Source of the DNA: Acidimicrobiales bacterium
Lineage (GTDB): Bacteria > Actinomycetota > Acidimicrobiia > Acidimicrobiales > JBEIGA01
NCBI GenBank assembly: GCA_040382135.1
Contig: JBEIGA010000003.1
Location: forward strand, 1 to 40,657
DNA length: 40,657 nt
Direction of reading: 5' to 3'
Shown here: positions 27,259 to 36,033 of the stretch, one piece after another
Layout of the letters: every line of letters starts with the position of its first letter
Position numbering within the stretch: the first letter of the stretch is position 1
The notes under the pieces: generated by a model
Told to the model about the DNA's origin: nothing
Seen by the model: the letters and a program-made list of their open reading frames with translations, nothing else
Databases searched by the model: none
Translations under genes and position numbers: made by a program

Positions 27259-28302
27259 ATGGAGCTCCGTCCCCTCGGCCGCACCGGCATCCACGTCAGC
27301 CGCTTCGCCCTCGGGGCGATGTCGTTCGGCGCCCTCGGCAACGCCGACCACGACGAGTGCGCCCGCATGATCCACCGCGCTCTGGACGCCGGCGTCAACG
27401 TGCTCGACACGGCGGACGTGTACTCCCAGGGCGAGTCGGAGCGGATCGTCGGACGGGCCCTCGCCGGCCGGCGCGACGACGTCGTCCTGGCCACCAAGGG
27501 CTTCTGGCCGATGGGCACCGACCCGAACCGGCGCGGTCTGTCCCGGCGCTGGATCCTGCGGGCGTGCGAGGAGAGCCTCACCCGCCTGGGCACCGACCAC
27601 GTCGACGTCTACTACCTCCACAAGCCCGACCCCGACACCGACCTCGACGAGTCGCTCGGCGCGCTCACCGACCTGGTGCGCCAGGGCAAGGTCCGCACCG
27701 CCGCCGTCTCCACGTTTCCCGCCGATCTGCTCGTCGAGGCGCACGCAGTCGCGGAACGGCGGGGCCACGTGCGCCCGATGGTCGAGCAGCCGCCGTACTC
27801 GGTGCTGGCCCGCCACATCGAGCGTGACCACCTGCCTGCGTGCGAGCGCTTCGGCATGGGCGTCATGGTCTGGGGTCCGCTCAACAGCGGCTGGCTCACC
27901 GGCAAGTACCGCCCCGACGAGGAGGTGCCTGCGGGCTCCCGGGCCGAGCGCTGGGCGGCACGCTCGGGCCACCAGTTCGACCCCTCCCGGGCGCCGGTGC
28001 GGACGAAGCACGAGCTCGTCGCCGCGCTCACCGTTCTTGCGGACGACGCCGGCATCCCGCTCCGCCACCTCGCCCTCGCCTTCGCCGCCGAGCACCCCGC
28101 CGTGAGCTCGGTGATCATCGGCCCGCGCACCCCCGAGCAGCTCGACGACCTCCTCGCCGCGGCCGATCTGCGCCTCGACCCCGACCTCCTCGACCGCATC
28201 GACGCTCTCGTCCCGCCCGGCACCACCGTCGACCCCGTCGCCGACACCGGCTGGACCCCACCCTGGTTGGCCGACCCGTCCCGCCGCCGCCGCCCCCGGT
28301 AG
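27259..28302 (+). CDS. Aldo/keto reductase
   Basis: LGRTGIHVSRFALGAM, DTADVY, VLATK, SLTRLGTDHVDVYYLH, WGPLNSGWLTGKY, IIGPR. Confidence 0.95.
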   Translation: MELRPLGRTGIHVSRFALGAMSFGALGNADHDECARMIHRALDAGVNVLDTADVYSQGESERIVGRALAGRRDDVVLATKGFWPMGTDPNRRGLSRRWILRACEESLTRLGTDHVDVYYLHKPDPDTDLDESLGALTDLVRQGKVRTAAVSTFPADLLVEAHAVAERRGHVRPMVEQPPYSVLARHIERDHLPACERFGMGVMVWGPLNSGWLTGKYRPDEEVPAGSRAERWAARSGHQFDPSRAPVRTKHELVAALTVLADDAGIPLRHLALAFAAEHPAVSSVIIGPRTPEQLDDLLAAADLRLDPDLLDRIDALVPPGTTVDPVADTGWTPPWLADPSRRRRPR

Positions 28303-28370
28303 GAACGCACCCCGAGAGCAGCGCGCGGTTCGACGCGGCCGGGGGCGGTGGGCGGACGTAACGTCGGGGC

Positions 28371-29477
28371 ATGGACTTCGCCCTCTCCCCCGACCTGCTC
28401 GAGCTGCGGGACCGGGCGCGCCGGGTGGCGGCCGAAGGGGTGGCCGAGTTCGGGAGCCACGCCGACTCCTGGCTCAACGCCGCCTCCAAGCCGTTCTCCC
28501 GGCGACTCGCCGCCGAGGGCTGGATCGGGATGACCTGGCCCACCAGCGCCGGCGGCGGCGGTCGCCCCGCCGTCGAGCGCCTCGTCGTGTTCGAGGAGCT
28601 CATCAGCGCCGGCGCGCCCATCGCGGCGAGCTGGGTCGCCGACCGCCAGATGGGGCCGGCGATCATCACGTACGGCACCCCCGAACAGCAGGAGCGCTTC
28701 CTCCCGGAGATCCTCGCCGGCGAGGCCACCTGGAGCATCGGGATGTCCGAGCCGAACGCCGGCTCCGACCTCGCCGCCCTGCAGTGCGCGGCCAGGCGTG
28801 ACGGTGACCGCTGGATCATCAACGGCCAGAAGATCTGGAACAGCAACGGGTCCGTGGCCGACTACTGCTACCTGATCTGCCGCACGGGCACGGGCAGCGC
28901 GCCGCACCACGGCATCAGCGAGATCGTGGTGCCGCTCGACCTCCCGGGCATCGAGATCCGCCCGATCACGGACCTCATCGCCAACCGCCACTTCTGCGAG
29001 ATCTTCTTCACCGACGTCGAGGTGCCGATCGGCAACCTCGTCGGCGTCGAGGGCAACGCCTTCGCCCAGACGATGCGCCAGCTCGAGCACGAGCGGGGCG
29101 GCATCGACCGGCTGGTCTCGAACCGGGCGCTGTTCGAGCGCGCGGCAGCGCTCGCCGACGCCAGCGATCCCAGGGTCCGTCAGGAGATCGCGTCGCTCGA
29201 GAGCGGCTACCGGATCGGGCGCCTGCTCGTCTACCGGGAGGCGCTCGGTCAGGCCCCCAAGGGCTTCAGCGCCGCGACGAAGTGCTTCTGCACCGAGCAC
29301 GAGCAGCGGGTCGCGGACTTCGCCGCCAGGGTGTTCGGGATGGCCGGCGTGCTGGGCGACGACACCGGCCGCTCGATCGCCTACGCGCCCGCCTACACGA
29401 TCATGGGCGGGACCTCGAACGTGATGCGCAACATCCTCGGCGAGCGGGTCCTCGGCCTGCCGCGGGAGCCCCGCTGA
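28371..29477 (+). CDS. Acyl-CoA dehydrogenase
   Basis: GMSEPNAGSDLA, INGQKIWNS, FCEIFFTDV, LEHER, TIMGGTSNVMRNILGERVLGLP. Leaderless TAACGT-N6-ATG. Confidence 0.95.
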   Translation: MDFALSPDLLELRDRARRVAAEGVAEFGSHADSWLNAASKPFSRRLAAEGWIGMTWPTSAGGGGRPAVERLVVFEELISAGAPIAASWVADRQMGPAIITYGTPEQQERFLPEILAGEATWSIGMSEPNAGSDLAALQCAARRDGDRWIINGQKIWNSNGSVADYCYLICRTGTGSAPHHGISEIVVPLDLPGIEIRPITDLIANRHFCEIFFTDVEVPIGNLVGVEGNAFAQTMRQLEHERGGIDRLVSNRALFERAAALADASDPRVRQEIASLESGYRIGRLLVYREALGQAPKGFSAATKCFCTEHEQRVADFAARVFGMAGVLGDDTGRSIAYAPAYTIMGGTSNVMRNILGERVLGLPREPR

Positions 29478-29490
29478 TCCGCTCCGACCG

Positions 29491-31797
29491 CTACTGGCCG
29501 CGCACGGCGGCCTTCCAGTTCTGCGCGCTCGGCAGGTAGGCGTCACCCGCCACGTCCACGACGACGACGTCGATCCGCCCGGTGAACGCGAACGGCGACG
29601 CGTAGGTCGGCGCGACGGGCGTGCCGTCGTCGAAGCCGACGCCCAGGTACTCGCCCATCAGGTTGTAGGCGTAGGGCGTGGTCGCCGGGATCGGCCCGGA
29701 GCCGGCGGGGGCGCCGTCGACGAACAGGGCCACGTCGCCGGCCATCGGGCCGGTCGGGGTGAACGTGAACGCGAGCTCCACCCGTCCGCTCGGCACGGGG
29801 GCGTCGGAGCGCACCGTCGAGATCGTCTCACCCACCACGTTGTGGACGTAGTGGAGGTGACCGTCCTGCACGAAGAAGGCGTACCCGCCGAACCGGCCGC
29901 CGTGGGAGACGAGGACGCCCTCGGCACCGCCCTCGGGGATGTCGACGGTCGCGGTGACCGAGTGGGCCCGGTGGCGGACGTCGACCGCGGCGGCGTTCCC
30001 GACCGGGCCGCCCGGCCGGTACACGTAGCGCTGCCGGTCCGCGTAGTGGGCGGGCCGGGTGACGATCACCGGCCGGCTCGAGTGGACGGGCAGGGCGCCG
30101 AGCCGGCCGGCCTCGGCCCACCACAGGTCGATCAGCCGGCGCAGCAGCGCGGGTTCCTCGGCGGCGAGGTCCCGGGTCTCGGCCGGGTCCTCGGCCACGT
30201 GGTATAGCTCCCAGCGGTCGTCGTCGAACGGGGCGCGTGGATCGCTGACCCCGTCGTAGACCTGTCCGGCCATGGCGTGGTACGCCACCGCCTTCCAGCC
30301 GTCGTGGTACATCGCCCGGCAGCCGAGCAGTTCGTAGAACTGGGTGGTGCGCACCTCGGGGGCGTCGGCGGCGTCGAGGACCGGGGCGAGGCTCCGCCCG
30401 GCCATCGGCTGCTGCGCCACGCCGTCGATCTCGGCCGGAGCCGGGACCCCGATGAGGTCGAGCACGGTCGGCACGACGTCGGAGACGTGGGCGTAGTGGT
30501 CGCGGACCTCCCCCCGAGCGGCGATCCCTGCGGGCCAGGCGAGGATGCACGGGTCGGCCACCCCACCCTCGTGGACCTCCCGCTTCCACCGCTGGAACGG
30601 GGTGTTCCCGGCGTGCGCCCAGCCGTAGGGGTAGTGGGGATGGGTGTCCTCGCCACCGAGGTCGTCGAGGTGCTCGAGGAGGAGCTCGAGGGTGTCGGGC
30701 CGGCCGTTGTACCAGCGGAACGAGTTCCAGCTGCCGTGCAGGTCGCCCTCGGGCGAGGCGCCGTTGTCGGAGATGGCGACGACGATCGTGTTGTCGAGGT
30801 CGCCCCAGGCCTCGATGTGGTCGAGGAGACGGCCGAGGTGGTGGTCGGTGTGGGTGAGGAAGCCGGCGAAGACCTCCATGGCCCGGGCGTAGCCGCGCTG
30901 CGCCTCCGGGTCGAGCGAGTCCCACGCCGGGATCCAGTCCGGTCGGGCGGTCAGGCCGGTGCCGGGCGGCAGGAGGCCCATGGCGAGCTGCCGGGCGTGG
31001 GTCTCCTCGCGCCAGACGTCCCAGCCGCGGTCGAAGCGGCCGCGGTAGCGGTCGATGAACTCGCGGGGCGCGTGGTGGGGGGCGTGGCAGGCGCCGAACG
31101 CGAGGTACAGGAAGAACGGCTTGTCCGGGGCGGCGTTGCGGACGTCGTTCACGTACTCGATGGACCGGTCGACCAGGTCCTCGGTCAGGTGGTAACCCTC
31201 GGCCGCGGTCTTCGGCGGGTGGACGATGTGGTTGTCGCACACCAGGTCCGGGGCGAACTGGTTGGTCTCGGCCCCCATGAAGCCGTAGTAGCGCTCGAAC
31301 CCCTTGCCCAGCGGCCACCGGGCCCGGGGGGCGGCGAGGTCCGTCTCCTCGCGCGGCGCGAGGTGCCACTTGCCGACGGCGAACGTGGCGTAGCCCTGCT
31401 CCACCAACATCTCGGAGAGGAAGCCGCACGAACGCGGGATCCGGGCGTTGTAGCCCGGGAACCCGGTGGCGTTGTCGGTGATGCCACCCATCCCGGCCTG
31501 GTGCTGGCTGCGCCCGGTGAGGAGCGAGGCCCGGGTCGGCGAGCACATCGCTGTGGTGTGGAAGTTCCGGAACCGCAGACCGCTCGCGGCGAGCCGGTCG
31601 AAGTTCGGCGTGTCGATGTCGCTGCCGTAGCAGCCGAGCTGGGCGTAGCCGACGTCGTCGAGGACCACGAACACCACGTTCGGCGCCCCCGGGGGCGGCG
31701 ACGGCGGAGCGGGCCAGGCCGGCACCGACTCGTGCAGCTCCCGGCCGATCACGCCCGGGAAGGGTTCGCCCTCGCGGTAGGTCAGCATCTCCGTCAT
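29491..31797 (-). CDS. Arylsulfatase (Cys-type), copy 2, 768 aa
   Basis: PNVVFVVLDDVGY, CSPTRASLLTGR, GKWHL, CHAPHH, SDNGAS, C-terminal GVLVSHGGRFGGY domain. Confidence 0.95.
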   Translation of the reverse strand: MTEMLTYREGEPFPGVIGRELHESVPAWPAPPSPPPGAPNVVFVVLDDVGYAQLGCYGSDIDTPNFDRLAASGLRFRNFHTTAMCSPTRASLLTGRSQHQAGMGGITDNATGFPGYNARIPRSCGFLSEMLVEQGYATFAVGKWHLAPREETDLAAPRARWPLGKGFERYYGFMGAETNQFAPDLVCDNHIVHPPKTAAEGYHLTEDLVDRSIEYVNDVRNAAPDKPFFLYLAFGACHAPHHAPREFIDRYRGRFDRGWDVWREETHARQLAMGLLPPGTGLTARPDWIPAWDSLDPEAQRGYARAMEVFAGFLTHTDHHLGRLLDHIEAWGDLDNTIVVAISDNGASPEGDLHGSWNSFRWYNGRPDTLELLLEHLDDLGGEDTHPHYPYGWAHAGNTPFQRWKREVHEGGVADPCILAWPAGIAARGEVRDHYAHVSDVVPTVLDLIGVPAPAEIDGVAQQPMAGRSLAPVLDAADAPEVRTTQFYELLGCRAMYHDGWKAVAYHAMAGQVYDGVSDPRAPFDDDRWELYHVAEDPAETRDLAAEEPALLRRLIDLWWAEAGRLGALPVHSSRPVIVTRPAHYADRQRYVYRPGGPVGNAAAVDVRHRAHSVTATVDIPEGGAEGVLVSHGGRFGGYAFFVQDGHLHYVHNVVGETISTVRSDAPVPSGRVELAFTFTPTGPMAGDVALFVDGAPAGSGPIPATTPYAYNLMGEYLGVGFDDGTPVAPTYASPFAFTGRIDVVVVDVAGDAYLPSAQNWKAAVRGQ

Positions 31798-31843
31798 CGC
31801 ACCACCCGGTCCTCTCGATCCAGGCGGGGAGTCTCGCGCGCGG

Positions 31844-32662
31844 TCAGGCCCCCAGCTCGGCTCGCAGCGCGAGCCCGATGCGCTGCATCCGGTCCATGAC
31901 GGGGCCGACGAGGTCCGGGACTCCGGGGTCCCAGTTGGCGACGACGGCGTAGCCGACACGACGACGGTTGGCGAACACCGCACCGACGTCGGCGCGGATC
32001 CCGTCGTCGGTGCCCGTCTTGTTCACGAGGTACGGCGATTGGCCGTGGGCAAGCGGGTCGAGCCGCAGCGCCGAGGCGACCATCGACAGGTCGGCGTTCA
32101 GGTGGAGCCACTCGCAGACCCGCTCGCCGGTGTCCCGGGGTCCGACGTCTTCGAACTCCAGGTCCGCCATCAGCCGTGCGAGCTCACCCGCCGAGCCGGT
32201 GGAGAGGGTGTGGGGGTGCACCGCAGGGTCGCGACGGTGGCGGACCTCGTCGAGCAGGCGCACGGTGGTCAGCCCGAGCGACTCGGCGACCTCGTGCACC
32301 CGGGCGAGCCCGACCCGCCGGAGCAGGACGTTGGTGGCCAGGTTGTCGCTCACGGCACCGACGAGCGTCACCACGTCCACGAGCGGCAGCACCTCGACCG
32401 TGAGGTGACGCCAGAGGCCCGAGTCGCCCACCCATTCGACGGAGCACCGGTCGAGCAGTTCCTCGGGATCCATCCGCTCCATCTCGAGCTCCTCGGCCAC
32501 GGCGAGCAGGAGCAGGATCTTGCCGACGCTGGCGGTGCGCAGCACCTGGTCCGCGCCGGTCTCCGCGAGGGTCCCGCGGTCGACGTCCACGACCGAGACG
32601 CCCCACCGGACGTCCGGATCGGCCGCGCACGCGGCGACGAGCTCGTCCCAGGGCTGGGTCAT
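31844..32662 (-). CDS. Class A beta-lactamase-like serine hydrolase (no signal peptide)
   Basis: SVGK (SxxK), SDN and KTG motifs. The ATG overlaps the P450 stop (ATGA). Confidence 0.88.
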   Translation of the reverse strand: MTQPWDELVAACAADPDVRWGVSVVDVDRGTLAETGADQVLRTASVGKILLLLAVAEELEMERMDPEELLDRCSVEWVGDSGLWRHLTVEVLPLVDVVTLVGAVSDNLATNVLLRRVGLARVHEVAESLGLTTVRLLDEVRHRRDPAVHPHTLSTGSAGELARLMADLEFEDVGPRDTGERVCEWLHLNADLSMVASALRLDPLAHGQSPYLVNKTGTDDGIRADVGAVFANRRRVGYAVVANWDPGVPDLVGPVMDRMQRIGLALRAELGA

Positions 32663-33930
32663 CGGGCGTGGAGGCGCACCGGCAGGCGGTCGATGGAGAC
32701 GCCGACCGAGGCGTCCGGGCCGGTGGCGAGCCAGACGGGGTCGCCGAGCGGTTCCACCTCGAACCGACGCACGAGCTCCCCGACCATGGTGCGGATCTCC
32801 CGCCGGGCGAGGTGGGCGCCGAGGCAGTAGTGGACACCGCCGCCGCCGAAGGCGACGTGCCGGTTCGGGGTGCGGTCGAGGTCGAAGCGGAAGGGGTCGA
32901 CGAAGGCCCGCTCGTCGCGGTTGGCGCTCGGGAACCAGAGCGTGATCCGGTCTCCTGCCGAGAGCTGCCGGCCTCCGAGTGCCACGTCGCGGACGACGGT
33001 GCGGCCGAAGCAGGTGACGGGGCTGACCCAGCGGATCAGCTCGTCGACGGCCGTGTCGGGGACGGTCTCCGACCCACGCAGCCGCTCCAGCTGGTCGGGG
33101 TGCTCGAGCAGGCTGAGCACACCGTGGGAGATCACGTTCCGGGTGGTCTCGCTGCCGGCGATCGACAGGATCAGGAAGAACAGGTCGAGCTCGAGCCCGA
33201 CGAGCGAGGTCCGCCCGCCGTCGCCGTCGTCCACCTCCGCGCCGGCGAGCACGCTCCACACGTCGTCGGCGGGGTGCCGGCGCTTCTCCTCGCCGAGCGC
33301 GGTGGCGTAGCCGAACAGCTCCCGCTCGATGCCGGCGCGTTCGGCGTCGGAGATCCCGGTCGCCGGGTCGGCGGCTCGCATGAGGCGGTCGGTCTGGGTG
33401 AACACCCACGCCCGGTCGGCCTCGGGCATGCCGACGATGTCGGCGATCAGGTGCATCGGCAGGAGGTAGGCGATGTCCCGCACGAGGTCGCAGCTCCCGG
33501 CGGCCGCGGCGTCGTCGAGGATCCGGGTGGTGCGCTCGCCGATCTGCTCCTCGAGACGTCCGATCATCCGGGGCGTGAACCCGGCGCTGATCAGCTTCCG
33601 GAGCCGGGTGTGGGCGTCCGGGTCGGCCGAGGTGAGGCTGCGCCCACGATGCGACGGGTGGGTGGGCACGATGCGTGGCCCGTCGATGGCGGCGAAGTCC
33701 TCCCAGGAGCGTGACGCCTCCTGCAGCTCCGGGTGACCCAGCACGACCCAGAACCCGAACGGCTCCTCGGCCCGGTGCATCGGCACCTCGGGGTGGCGCA
33801 GCACCGGACCCTGCGCCCGCAGCTCGGCGAACAGCCCATGAGGGAACCCGTCCCGGTAGAGCCCGTTGTCCGTCAGGTCCACGGCGAAGTCCGCCGCCGC
33901 AACCGCACCCGCGCTCACCACCTCAGCCAT
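32659..33930 (-). CDS. Cytochrome P450 (CYP124/125-like), 423 aa
   Basis: DPDAHTRLRKLI, IAGSETTRN, DELIR, FGGGGVHYCLG. Confidence 0.95.
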   Translation of the reverse strand: MAEVVSAGAVAAADFAVDLTDNGLYRDGFPHGLFAELRAQGPVLRHPEVPMHRAEEPFGFWVVLGHPELQEASRSWEDFAAIDGPRIVPTHPSHRGRSLTSADPDAHTRLRKLISAGFTPRMIGRLEEQIGERTTRILDDAAAAGSCDLVRDIAYLLPMHLIADIVGMPEADRAWVFTQTDRLMRAADPATGISDAERAGIERELFGYATALGEEKRRHPADDVWSVLAGAEVDDGDGGRTSLVGLELDLFFLILSIAGSETTRNVISHGVLSLLEHPDQLERLRGSETVPDTAVDELIRWVSPVTCFGRTVVRDVALGGRQLSAGDRITLWFPSANRDERAFVDPFRFDLDRTPNRHVAFGGGGVHYCLGAHLARREIRTMVGELVRRFEVEPLGDPVWLATGPDASVGVSIDRLPVRLHAR

Positions 33931-33933
33931 TCC

Positions 33934-33971
33934 CGACCCCCCGTCGACCCCGGGCCGACCCTATAGGGTCG
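33934..33971. promoter_or_regulatory. Bidirectional promoter: 16-bp palindrome plus 11-bp-phased CGACCC repeats
   Basis: CGACCCTATAGGGTCG (33956-33971) gives TAGGGT on both strands. CGACCC occurs at 33934, 33945 and 33956. Confidence 0.6.
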
Positions 33972-33976
33972 CCCGC

Positions 33977-34777
33977 ATGCCAGACACCGATCCGGGCTCC
34001 GCACCCGCCATCGACCCGCCGGACCTGGGCACCCGGTACCTGCGCACCGAGGTACGGGGCCGGGTGCTGCACATCCGCATCGACCGCACCGAGCGCCGCA
34101 ACGCCTTCACCCAGGACATGTACCGGGGTCTGAAGCGGGCGGCGATCTGGGCCGACGGCCAGCCCGAGCTCGACGCCGTCTGCCTCACCGGCACCGACGA
34201 GTGGTTCGCGTCGGGCGGCGACATGGGAGGGCGCGCCGAGGACACCGAGGGCCTCGCCACCGAGTGGGACTCCACCGAGCACTTCCCGTTCCGCCACATC
34301 GAGCGCTGCCGCAAGATCTGGGTGGCCAAGGTGAACGGCCTCGCCCACGCGGGTGGGGTCGACCTCACCATCGCCTGCGACGTCTCGGTCGCCTCCGACC
34401 GCGCCCGCTTCCGCATGCCGGAGCTGCTGCGGGGCATCCCCGACCCGTACATGGCGGCCCGCCTCGCCGACGTGGTCGGTCTCGCCAAGGCCCGCTACCT
34501 GTTCTTCACCGCCGCCGAGGTCACCGCCGCCGAGGCCGAGGCCATGGGACTGCTCGGCAAGGTGGTGCCCCACGACGAGCTCGACGCCCACACCGACTGG
34601 GTGCTGGAGCAGATCGGCCGCACCGGGCCGGAGTCCCGCGCCGCGGTGAAGCGCGACGTCAACCAGCGTCTCTCGCAGGCGGACAACGCCATGTTCCACC
34701 GCTTCATCACCAGCCCCGAGCTCCGCGAGGGCCTCGCCGCATTCGTGCAGAAGCGCCCGCCGGTGTGGCCCCGATGA
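33977..34777 (+). CDS. Enoyl-CoA hydratase/isomerase family protein
   Basis: IRIDRTERRNAF, FASGGD, AKVNGLAHAGG, FRMPELLRG, AEAEAMGL, AFVQKRPPVW. Confidence 0.92.
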   Translation: MPDTDPGSAPAIDPPDLGTRYLRTEVRGRVLHIRIDRTERRNAFTQDMYRGLKRAAIWADGQPELDAVCLTGTDEWFASGGDMGGRAEDTEGLATEWDSTEHFPFRHIERCRKIWVAKVNGLAHAGGVDLTIACDVSVASDRARFRMPELLRGIPDPYMAARLADVVGLAKARYLFFTAAEVTAAEAEAMGLLGKVVPHDELDAHTDWVLEQIGRTGPESRAAVKRDVNQRLSQADNAMFHRFITSPELREGLAAFVQKRPPVWPR

Positions 34778-35991
34778 CCGCCGCCGAGCACCGGCCCGGT
34801 CCCATGCAGGGCGTGCGCGTGGTGGAGCTCGCGGCGTGGGTCGCCGCGCCCGCCGCCACGGCCATGCTCGCCGACTGGGGCGCCGAGGTCGTGAAGGTCG
34901 AGCCGCTCGAGGGCGACCCCGCGCGCGGGATGGTCTCGATGGGCGTCGAGGGCATCAACCCGCCGTTCGAGATCGACAACCGGGGCAAGCGCAGCGTGGG
35001 GCTCGACGTCCGCACCCCGGACGGGCGGGCGCTGCTGCTCGCCCTGCTGGAGCGCGCCGACGTCTTCGTCACCAACATGCGGCCCGTTGCCCTCGAGAGC
35101 TGGGACCTCGCCCCCGCCACGCTCCGCGAGCTGTTCCCCCGCCTGGTCGTCGCCACCATGACGGGCTACGGCCACGAGGGCCCCCACCGCGACCGTCCCA
35201 GCTACGACATGGGCGGCTTCTGGACCCGGTCCGGCGCCGCTGCGGCGCACCAGGTGCAGGGCCAGCAGCCCACCACGCTGCGCGGCGCCTACGGCGACCA
35301 CCTCACCGCAGCCACCTTCGCCGGCGGCATCGCCGCCGCCCTGTTCGAGCGGGAGCGCACGGGCGAGGGCCGCCACGTCGGGGCGTCGCTGGTCCGCAAC
35401 GGTGTCTGGAGCATCTGCCAGGACCTCCACGTCCTGCTCCGCTCGGGCACCACGTTCCCGATCGGCGCGCCCCGCACCGAGGCCACCAACCCGTTGTTCA
35501 ACTCCTACCGCTCGGCGGACGACCGCTGGTTCTGGCTCCTCGGGCTGCAGCCCGACCGCCACTTCCCCCAGGTGGCCGCAGCCATCGATCGTCCCGACGT
35601 GCTCACCGACCCTCGCTTCGCCACCCACCTGGAGCGCCGATCCAACGCCCCGGCGCTCGTCGCCATCTTCGACGAGGCCTTCGCCCGCCGGACCATGGCC
35701 GAGTGGGAGGCGGTGTTCGCCGAGCACGGCGTCTGGTTCGAGCCGGTGCTCACCGTCCAGCAGGTGCTCGAGGACCCGGTGGTGCAGGCATCGGGGGCCT
35801 TCATCGACGCCCCGGCCCCGAACGGCGGGACCATGCGCACGGTCGCCTCGCCCGTCGACTTCGTCGGCACGCCCATCGAGCCGACGCTCCCCCCGCCGGC
35901 CGCCGGCGAGCACACCGACGAGGTCCTGCTCGAGCTCGGCCTCGACTGGGACCGCATCATCGAGCTGAAGGTGGCCGGGGTCGTCCTCTGA
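34774..35991 (+). CDS. CaiB/BaiF family III CoA transferase
   Basis: GVRVVEL, LADWGAEVVKVEP, NRGKRSVGLD, ADVFVTNMRP, catalytic Asp in GAYGD, GEHTDEVL. ATGA overlap with the upstream gene. Confidence 0.95.
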   Translation: MTAAEHRPGPMQGVRVVELAAWVAAPAATAMLADWGAEVVKVEPLEGDPARGMVSMGVEGINPPFEIDNRGKRSVGLDVRTPDGRALLLALLERADVFVTNMRPVALESWDLAPATLRELFPRLVVATMTGYGHEGPHRDRPSYDMGGFWTRSGAAAAHQVQGQQPTTLRGAYGDHLTAATFAGGIAAALFERERTGEGRHVGASLVRNGVWSICQDLHVLLRSGTTFPIGAPRTEATNPLFNSYRSADDRWFWLLGLQPDRHFPQVAAAIDRPDVLTDPRFATHLERRSNAPALVAIFDEAFARRTMAEWEAVFAEHGVWFEPVLTVQQVLEDPVVQASGAFIDAPAPNGGTMRTVASPVDFVGTPIEPTLPPPAAGEHTDEVLLELGLDWDRIIELKVAGVVL

Positions 35992-36033
35992 GCACCCCGG
36001 TCTGGCAGGCTGCCGCCGGACCAAGGGGGGACC

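Noticed and set aside
31844-32662. Bona fide beta-lactam resistance gene
   Set aside because: No signal peptide, no clear Glu166 motif, and a catabolic operon context.
286-35991. Extended N-termini in the ORF track suggesting fusion proteins (e.g. 1106-2791, 2412-4325, 8915-10414, 31844-33409)
   Set aside because: The extensions overlap neighbouring real genes. Internal starts with an SD or -10 match the family N-termini.
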